The notes beneath the pieces are model-generated. The model saw nothing but the letters and a program-made list of their open reading frames with translations. It did not search any database and was not told where the DNA came from. Of a stretch of DNA of 64,000 bases, positions 57,849 through 64,000 are shown piece by piece (within the stretch, counting starts at the first letter, position 1; each line of letters starts with the position of its first letter). The translations under genes and the position numbers were made by a program. Where the stretch lies: NCBI GenBank assembly GCA_051546255.1, contig CP128817.1:1488001-1552000 (forward strand), written 5' to 3'. Source of the stretch: Meyerozyma guilliermondii. Its lineage: Eukaryota.

Positions 57849-59018
57849 ATGTCTTCTTCGTTTGCTGCACTTCGAGCCGCAGTTGCAGTTGCAGCTGCAG
57901 CAATTGCAATTTCCAAATTATACCAGCTAGTTAAAGACCACCAACACCTTACGGTCCTTCGTCCGCGGAGCCGTGGCGTGGAGTCATTGATTGGCAACAC
58001 CCCTATGGTGGAGATCAAATCGCTTTCAAAACTCACCGGGTGCAAAATTTGGGCCAAGCTCGAATTGATGAATCCCGGGGGTTCGGCAAAAGACCGGGTT
58101 GCCCTCGCCATTTTGCGTGCAGCCGAGGGTGCAGGTGCATTACGTCCTCGCTGCAATGACGTTGTGGTTGAAGGCACCTCAGGATCCACAGGGATTTCAT
58201 TGGCGGTACTTGCAAATGCCTTAGGATATACGGCCCATATCTGTCTCCCCAACGATACGTCGCCAGAAAAATTACAAGTGTTAAAGGCATTGGGTGCAAC
58301 CATAGAACCGGTCAATCCGGCTCTGATTGTAGATCCCAACCAATATACGAATGCAGCGCGGGCTCGTGCAGCTGCAATCAATGCAGACGAAACCGACCGG
58401 CGACGGGCTGCGTTTGCCGACCAGTTCGAAAATGACGCCAATTGGCGCATCCATTACCGCACCACCGGCCCGGAAATCGCGCGACAGATGGACGGCTGCA
58501 AAATCGACGCTTTCGTCACTGGTTCCGGAACCGGAGGAACTATTGCTGGAGTTTCAAAATACTTAAAGGAACAAGACCACCACACTCGCGTGGTATTGGC
58601 TGACCCACAAGGATCAGGATTGGCAAACAGGATCAATTTTGGAGTCATGTACGATCTGGTGGAAAAAGAAGGAACTCGCAGACGACATCAAGTGGATACG
58701 CTTGTGGAAGGAATTGGTCTTAATCGACTCACACATAACTTCAAGCAAGCAGAACCGTATATTGACGAAGCTATACGAGTTTCTGACACCCAGGCGATTC
58801 AAATGGCTAAATTTCTTACGGTGAATGATGGGTTTTTTTGGGGTACCTCCGCAGCTATAAATTGTGTAGCAGCTGCAAAACTAGCATACAAATTAGGTCC
58901 AGGCCATAATATTGTTACCATTGCTTGTGACTCTGGAGAGCGCCATACTTCCAAGTTTTGGAAGGAAGCGGCACAAGTACCAAATACTGTTAGGCTTGAT
59001 GAGATTTTGGAGAATTAG
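57849..59018 (+). CDS. MCY1: PLP-dependent cysteine synthase-like protein with N-terminal membrane anchor (YGR012W-like)
   Basis: IGNTPMVEIKSLS, KLELMNPGGSAKDRVA (PLP Lys), EGTSGSTGIS, GSGTGGT, EKEGTRRRHQVDTLVEGIG. Likely ATG at 57849. Confidence 0.88.
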   Translation: MSSSFAALRAAVAVAAAAIAISKLYQLVKDHQHLTVLRPRSRGVESLIGNTPMVEIKSLSKLTGCKIWAKLELMNPGGSAKDRVALAILRAAEGAGALRPRCNDVVVEGTSGSTGISLAVLANALGYTAHICLPNDTSPEKLQVLKALGATIEPVNPALIVDPNQYTNAARARAAAINADETDRRRAAFADQFENDANWRIHYRTTGPEIARQMDGCKIDAFVTGSGTGGTIAGVSKYLKEQDHHTRVVLADPQGSGLANRINFGVMYDLVEKEGTRRRHQVDTLVEGIGLNRLTHNFKQAEPYIDEAIRVSDTQAIQMAKFLTVNDGFFWGTSAAINCVAAAKLAYKLGPGHNIVTIACDSGERHTSKFWKEAAQVPNTVRLDEILEN

Positions 59019-59038
59019 TAAGTGAGATATAATAATTA

Positions 59039-59151
59039 CAAATAGTCTACAATAATCTACAAACAGTCTACAAAGAATTATAGAAATAGTCTACAATAAT
59101 TCTACGATGATTCTGCAAATAGTCTACAAAAATCTACAATAGTTTTACAAA
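59039..59151 (+). repeat. Degenerate 10-11 bp tandem repeat (AATAGTCTACA-like) downstream of MCY1
   Basis: aatagtctac aataatctac aaacagtctac ... aaatagtctac aataattctac ... aaatagtctac aaaaatctac aatagttttac. Confidence 0.75.
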
Positions 59152-59609
59152 TGATATTTAATCTATAATATCCACTTGTATATACTTGACGTGATGAATC
59201 CAATAAATCTTCAATTATATATACCAACGAATCTAGTTCTTGAGTTTGTTGACTTCTCGTAGAATATCTAATATGATAGCTTCTTGTATAAGAATCATTT
59301 GTCTACAATTTAAGAACTCCTTCGTCGTTAAATTGGCATGCTCCATCTTCTTTCTATCAATTGCATCAAGTAGCTTGAACCATATTATCAGGAACACATT
59401 GTATCAAGCATGTATATACATTCAATCTGAACTGTAGGTTGTCAAGAATGATCTTCTCAGTAGTAAAAGATTTGATCGCCCTAATTATTGACCATTCCAA
59501 TTCAATTCACACGAACTGAATCCTCAATCTATTCCTCTAAGATGCCATTAACCAGAATGCTTCACATCATTACTCTTAGATATTAATACAGAAATCCACC
59601 TCATAATCA

Positions 59610-60974
59610 TTAATGCGCGAGTTGTTTCTCCACCAACTTTTTGTTTGTCTCTCGGTACAACTTGATGCTACTAAGCAACGAAGCCGTTATTCCCATCCAT
59701 ATTTGAAACGTATCGAATGGAAGCTTCAAGTTGAAAACAGTGTAAGTATTGAATGCAAAGTCGGCGAGCCACTTGTAGATGTCAATGTAGGCATTATACT
59801 TTTTAAACTGGATATCCTTTAGCTGGTTGAGGTCAGTAGGGTCCTCATAATGGCTCGAGTTCAACAGTTGAGATCCTCCCAACAATTGTTTAGAAAGCAG
59901 TTTTGCTCTTTGTTTGACCTGAATTTGAATTCGCATATCCATTTCCTGCTGCGAAAGCTGCTGAAGTCGCTCATAAGTGTTGTAAAGCGCAAGAAGTGTT
60001 TCGTAGTACCAAGCTCGGGATTCGTGACGAGCGGCATACTGTTGGAAACTTTTGCTGGTGAAAAATTTGAGTTTGAAAAGAAGAAGAATTTCGTCATGGA
60101 TGCCGTAGTACAACGAGAACAAGTCGCCCAAGGTTTTTCTCGTCATCAAATCTTGCACTTTGGAGAGTTCTATTTTGTTATCTTTGGTGACAGTAGCACG
60201 TATTTGACGAGTCAAAGTACGGACTCGAAATGGAGTTTTTCCAAATCGAAGAAACTGTCGATACATTGCCAAGCCGCCCACCAACGGCGTCAATCGACTT
60301 GAGAAAATTGAACAGAATAGTATAATGACGATGCGCAGAAAGTTGGCTGGATGTTTTAAGAAGTTTTGCAAAAGACTGAGCTTTGCTGTGCGGTCGTAGT
60401 ACCGGTGGTTGATGACGTCGATATTGATGGACTCGTCACTCAAATATTCCTGAGATTTCGAAGCATGGTAGAGTAACAACCGCAAAGTGTACTGGCCCAC
60501 TTTGGCCATTTTATCCTTGCCCACGATGGTGTTGAGCATGCCCCATAGGACGTCCATGGGAGCGGGGGAGGGGCGGGACGAAGGACTGACCCCAGAACCG
60601 ACTCCACCGGTTGCAGAACCGGAAGTCGTAGAAGGACCGATTCCACCGGTTGCAGAACCGACTCCACCGACTCCACCGACTCCACCGACTTCACCTCCCG
60701 GCCCGGAACTCTCCCTTTCTTTCACCTTGTCGCGCCCAGGCGTCACATAATATTTGCTGGGAGTTCGCGGGTCGCTTTCTTCCGTCACGACTGTTGATGT
60801 TATAGTGGCCATTTCTTTAGTTGGGGTATTTATAGGCGATCTCCACTCTGAATTGTACAGATTTATTGGCTGGTGCGGCTGCGTCGAGTAGAGGTTCTGG
60901 TGGTAGTAGTTGACAAACGGAGACGCCTTTTGTCGATTGGTTTGATAATAGGCGGGAACACCCGTGGTTGACAT
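59610..60974 (-). CDS. PEX25: Peroxisomal membrane protein, Pex11/Pex25 family
   Basis: MLNTIVGKDKMAKVGQYTLRLL, YRQFLRFGKTPFR, LYYGIHDE..LL.KL, HE..AWYY, C-terminal hydrophobic helix. Confidence 0.85.
   Translation of the reverse strand: MSTTGVPAYYQTNRQKASPFVNYYHQNLYSTQPHQPINLYNSEWRSPINTPTKEMATITSTVVTEESDPRTPSKYYVTPGRDKVKERESSGPGGEVGGVGGVGGVGSATGGIGPSTTSGSATGGVGSGVSPSSRPSPAPMDVLWGMLNTIVGKDKMAKVGQYTLRLLLYHASKSQEYLSDESINIDVINHRYYDRTAKLSLLQNFLKHPANFLRIVIILFCSIFSSRLTPLVGGLAMYRQFLRFGKTPFRVRTLTRQIRATVTKDNKIELSKVQDLMTRKTLGDLFSLYYGIHDEILLLFKLKFFTSKSFQQYAARHESRAWYYETLLALYNTYERLQQLSQQEMDMRIQIQVKQRAKLLSKQLLGGSQLLNSSHYEDPTDLNQLKDIQFKKYNAYIDIYKWLADFAFNTYTVFNLKLPFDTFQIWMGITASLLSSIKLYRETNKKLVEKQLAH
60595..60693 (-). 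repeat. Gly-rich coding repeats in PEX25
   Basis: (ACTCCACCG) x3 and a duplicated CCACCGGTTGCAGAACCG on +, encoding GGVGGVGGV and GSATGG twice. Confidence 0.75.
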
Positions 60975-61254
60975 TTTTGGTGTTTTCAGCTGACAGCCTT
61001 TTATACTCGAGGTGGTGGGGTTTTGCGATGACGTAAGCGCCGTTTTGTGTCACTGCAACGTTGCAAGAAAGAAAAATGGAAAAAATGAAAAATTTGCAGT
61101 GGAATTGAAATATATGTCGTGATTGCCAGGATATTTACCGTTATGTTTCGTAATACTGCAGCTGTACTGCAGCTGTGCAGCCGGACTTTTTCGCTGCAAC
61201 CTGCGGTTGCATTGGCGTTGCATGGACCTAGCCGCACATCAATGCACCAGGCCA

Positions 61255-62655
61255 CTAGCCATTTATCACCTCACTATTAGGACCCATTGTGAACGCACCC
61301 ACGCTTCCCAAGTAGCCCTCGTGGCGCAAGAAGTACGACTTCATGTCGCCCTTTGACCAAAAGTTCACGGCATAGCTCAATGTGTGGATGGTCTGCATAT
61401 GGCCCGAGATGTAGCTTCCTCCGAAATATATTCTTTTGAGATTGAATCGTAATGCTTGTAAATATGCAATTTGACCGATGTTATTGGACACCAGGTACAA
61501 GAGCAGGCGCGAGATGTCCTCGGACCGGAACTGCAGAAGTTTTTCTGCGGGAGTGAGTTTTTTCTCCGACAGAAAACTGAGTTTCTTGAACACTTTGGCA
61601 AACGAAGATGCAATATGATTTGATTTAAGTCCGATTTTGTTGTAGCTGCTTCCATATATGTCACCCACGAGCAAGTCTATGTTTTCGTTGTTGCCTCGTT
61701 GGGCCATTTCCAACATTTCATTGTAGTCTTTGGCATCGGTGAGAAGCGAGAGAAGTCCCCAAAGAGTACCTCCACCTAAGGAAGAGCCTCCAATTCTCTC
61801 AAATCCGTCGCGACCAGGTCCGGTAACCTTGATCATCGACACTCCGCTTCCGATGTTTACCAAAAGATACGGATAGATATTTTCGTCTTGTCGGTTGGGA
61901 ATGAACAGAGTGCTGTTCTCCTTGAGATCGTACACAAAAATCTCATTGGGGATCTTGGTGATGAGCCAGTCCAACCCGCGAATCAAGCACTCCATCTCGT
62001 CCTCCGCTACGATTTTCATCGGCAATTTCCGTTTCCGAAACGTATCTGTCATGAGCTGGTAAAACTTGTGGGCGCCTCCACCAGTTGCAAGAATGTATGT
62101 GATGGGCGGCTGGGACTTGGTATTGGTGGACTTTTTGATCAAGTGGATCATGAATTTGAGCACTTCTGTCGAAAAACTCTCGGTGGGGAAATCTTTGAAG
62201 TGAAGTTTTCCACCGTTTCGGCCTTGTTCTGTGTCCTTGCTTTTGGTGAAATATACCAATTTTGTAAGGGTTCCGCCGATATCAACGGATATATGGATCA
62301 CCTCCGAGTTGTGTTTGGGAAGCGTGATGTTCTTAGCGACTTCGTGGGCGTCTGGAGTAGCAGCTCTTTGGCGCTTGGTAGGAGTGTCAACTGCCAAATT
62401 TTTTCCGTCCAAACTGACAGTCAGACTTTCATGATTGGGAGTCATTGGTGCTCCTTCACCCGAAGAGTCGGTATCGGACTCGGAATCTGACGAAGGTTGT
62501 CCTGAGCTTGGCGGAGTTGGTGTTCGAGATGAACGATTGTATTCTCGAAGAAGATGATCATTGGCAATATAAGCTCCCGAACTCTCGATTTTTATGGTAC
62601 CCTGGTCTACAGAGTTGAAGCTCAAGTCGCTGTGTGGCGGTTTGACGTCCAACAT
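61255..62655 (-). CDS. CAB1: Type II pantothenate kinase
   Basis: SVDIGGTLTKLVYF, ATGGGAHKF, EDEMECLIRGL, YPYLLVNIGSGVS, GGSSLGGGTLWGL, FLRHEGYLG. First ATG at 62655. Confidence 0.95.
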   Translation of the reverse strand: MLDVKPPHSDLSFNSVDQGTIKIESSGAYIANDHLLREYNRSSRTPTPPSSGQPSSDSESDTDSSGEGAPMTPNHESLTVSLDGKNLAVDTPTKRQRAATPDAHEVAKNITLPKHNSEVIHISVDIGGTLTKLVYFTKSKDTEQGRNGGKLHFKDFPTESFSTEVLKFMIHLIKKSTNTKSQPPITYILATGGGAHKFYQLMTDTFRKRKLPMKIVAEDEMECLIRGLDWLITKIPNEIFVYDLKENSTLFIPNRQDENIYPYLLVNIGSGVSMIKVTGPGRDGFERIGGSSLGGGTLWGLLSLLTDAKDYNEMLEMAQRGNNENIDLLVGDIYGSSYNKIGLKSNHIASSFAKVFKKLSFLSEKKLTPAEKLLQFRSEDISRLLLYLVSNNIGQIAYLQALRFNLKRIYFGGSYISGHMQTIHTLSYAVNFWSKGDMKSYFLRHEGYLGSVGAFTMGPNSEVING

Positions 62656-62993
62656 ATGAAAATTGACCACTTGACTAAAAAAACCACTTTTTTGAAGATT
62701 CGTGACTGGTTGAAAAAATCGTGAATAAATATTTGTAAGTGTACAATTTTAACTTTGGGTGTCAGCTGATTGCGCCCTAAGCCTCCGGTTTGACTTGTCC
62801 GCAAGCTGCAATCTCAAAACAATGACAATGACCAAAATACCCTAACTCCTGTTGGCTAACCACTTATCTGCAAATGTTGGGGCCCGGATCTGCACATAAC
62901 CGTCGTACCGCGGGCGGTATTGGCATCGGCCATTATGCAGGACAAGCGTTATATTTTCATAAAGCTGCAACCAGTGAAAAACCTCCAGATTTG

Positions 62994-64000
62994 ATGCGGC
63001 CCTTGACGCTAGAAAATGCATACTTGCCGACGCGGTACGCCGTGGATGTCAAGGTGGACTACGCTAAGCCCAATTTTTCCGGGCAATTGGTGGCCGAGGT
63101 CGATAGGACCGGAATTGATAATGATGATGAATTCCGGTTGGTACTTCATGCACACAAGCTCGTAATCATGTCGGCTCAGGTATCCTGCGAGTCCCAACCT
63201 GCAAAGAAGGCTCAGATTGCATATGACAGACAGGCACAGACTGTCACTTTGACGGTACCGGAAAAGCTTCCAAACAAAGTCTCGGTTCACATATCTTATA
63301 TGGGCCAGATCAACACCATTAAAACATTCAAAGACACTACTCAGGGACTCTTCAAAACAAATTATCTGGACGCTATAGAAGGAAGATCAGATAATCTTAT
63401 CATCGCTACGCATATGCAGCCTCACGGAGCAAGACTAGTTTTTCCGGTAATCGATGAATTGTCTCTCAAAGTTCCTATAAAGTTGTCAATTGAGACCAGA
63501 GACGACTTTTCTGTTGCCTCGGTGGGAATCCTCGAGAAAAAGGATCAATTAGAAGACGGAATGGCCAAATTTCATTTCAAAGAAACTCCTCCAATTGCGA
63601 CATCGGTTTTTGGATTTGTTGCAGGTCACTTTGACCATGTAGAAGCTCACGTAAGTGGAATTCCCGTGAGAGTTTATGCTCTTAAAGGAGAAGCGGAAAA
63701 TGCTCAAGCTGCGCTTTCCTTGATCACTAAATTATTACCCACTTTGGAGGACCTACTTGGCTGCAAATTTCCGTTGGACAAACTCGATTTTGTGGCATTG
63801 CCTTTCTTGTCTGATGGAGCCATGGAGAACTGGGGTCTTGTGACTGTGATTTCGAGTCAGCTTTTAATTATGGATTCTGACGAGGTATCGCTACAAAGTT
63901 TGCACCAACTTCTCGCACACGAATTGGTTCACCAATGGATTGGAAACTTGGTGACTTTTGAAGACTGGCGTGATCTCTGGTTCAATGAGGCATTTGCAAC
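62994..64000 (+). CDS. TMA108: M1-family aminopeptidase-like, ribosome-associated protein (3' partial, absent from the ORF track)
   Basis: Translated by hand from ATG 62994: MRPLTLENAYLPTRY...PNFSG...LHAHKLVI...GLFKTNYLD...ATHMQP...KLDFVALPFLSDGAMENWG...AHELVHQWIGNLVTFEDWRDLWFNEAFA (GAMEN plus HEXXH-X18-E). The N-terminal pattern fits Tma108. Confidence 0.85.
   Translation, partial: MRPLTLENAYLPTRYAVDVKVDYAKPNFSGQLVAEVDRTGIDNDDEFRLVLHAHKLVIMSAQVSCESQPAKKAQIAYDRQAQTVTLTVPEKLPNKVSVHISYMGQINTIKTFKDTTQGLFKTNYLDAIEGRSDNLIIATHMQPHGARLVFPVIDELSLKVPIKLSIETRDDFSVASVGILEKKDQLEDGMAKFHFKETPPIATSVFGFVAGHFDHVEAHVSGIPVRVYALKGEAENAQAALSLITKLLPTLEDLLGCKFPLDKLDFVALPFLSDGAMENWGLVTVISSQLLIMDSDEVSLQSLHQLLAHELVHQWIGNLVTFEDWRDLWFNEAFA

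Noticed and set aside
57821..58450. 209-aa antisense ORF over MCY1
   Set aside because: Antisense shadow in GC-rich Ala/Arg codons.
59191..59430. Box C-like GTGATGA at 59191, and a 37-aa minus-strand ORF (59346-59233)
   Set aside because: Nearest CTGA is more than 230 nt away with no rRNA complement I could recognise. The small ORF has no motif support.
1..64000. tRNA genes, rRNA, LTR/transposon sequence, CRISPR arrays, centromere
   Set aside because: Manual reading of the intergenic regions found no A/B-box cloverleaf, no gag/pol or transposase motifs, no repeat-spacer array and no long gene-free region. A tRNAscan/Infernal run would be the definitive check.

Overview
Gene-dense nuclear DNA from a budding yeast of the CUG-Ser clade. 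In-frame CTG codons sit where homologues have Ser, so the ORF track mistranslates them as Leu. The proteins resemble Meyerozyma/Debaryomycetaceae sequences as I recall them; no search was run, and all homologue comparisons below are from memory. I can support about 43 protein-coding genes: partial CENP-T/CNN1-like, MTO1, CMS1, COG1, a short Zn2Cys6 protein, HAP2, CSE1, VRG4, ADE4, DHH1, RIA1/EFL1, IBD2, a 90-aa RTT102-like ORF, RNH70, ADE12, IDH1, FMC1, a DSP-fold pseudophosphatase, SDH3, a Hap4-like regulator, HSK3, CMC1, SPC24, MRPL31, ECL1, a small membrane protein, MSB2, SNU71, PRP39, RAD7, RAD23, UTR4, a patatin/TGL lipase, PTH1, LAA2, CTF1 plus a tandem paralogue, MCY1, PEX25, CAB1 and partial TMA108. 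Three introns (IDH1, SDH3, RAD23) correct the ORF-track starts. The strongest non-coding signal is a box H/ACA snoRNA at about 34435-34632 whose 3' pocket matches 18S rRNA around yeast U1181. Other items worth following up are two back-to-back head-to-head pairs of same-pathway genes (SNU71/PRP39, RAD7/RAD23), a Hap4L protein with a HapX-like Cys motif and an overlapping uORF beside CCAAT-box respiratory genes, the pseudophosphatase with a bZIP-site cluster, and the small RTT102-like gene. I saw no tRNA, rRNA, transposon or CRISPR.
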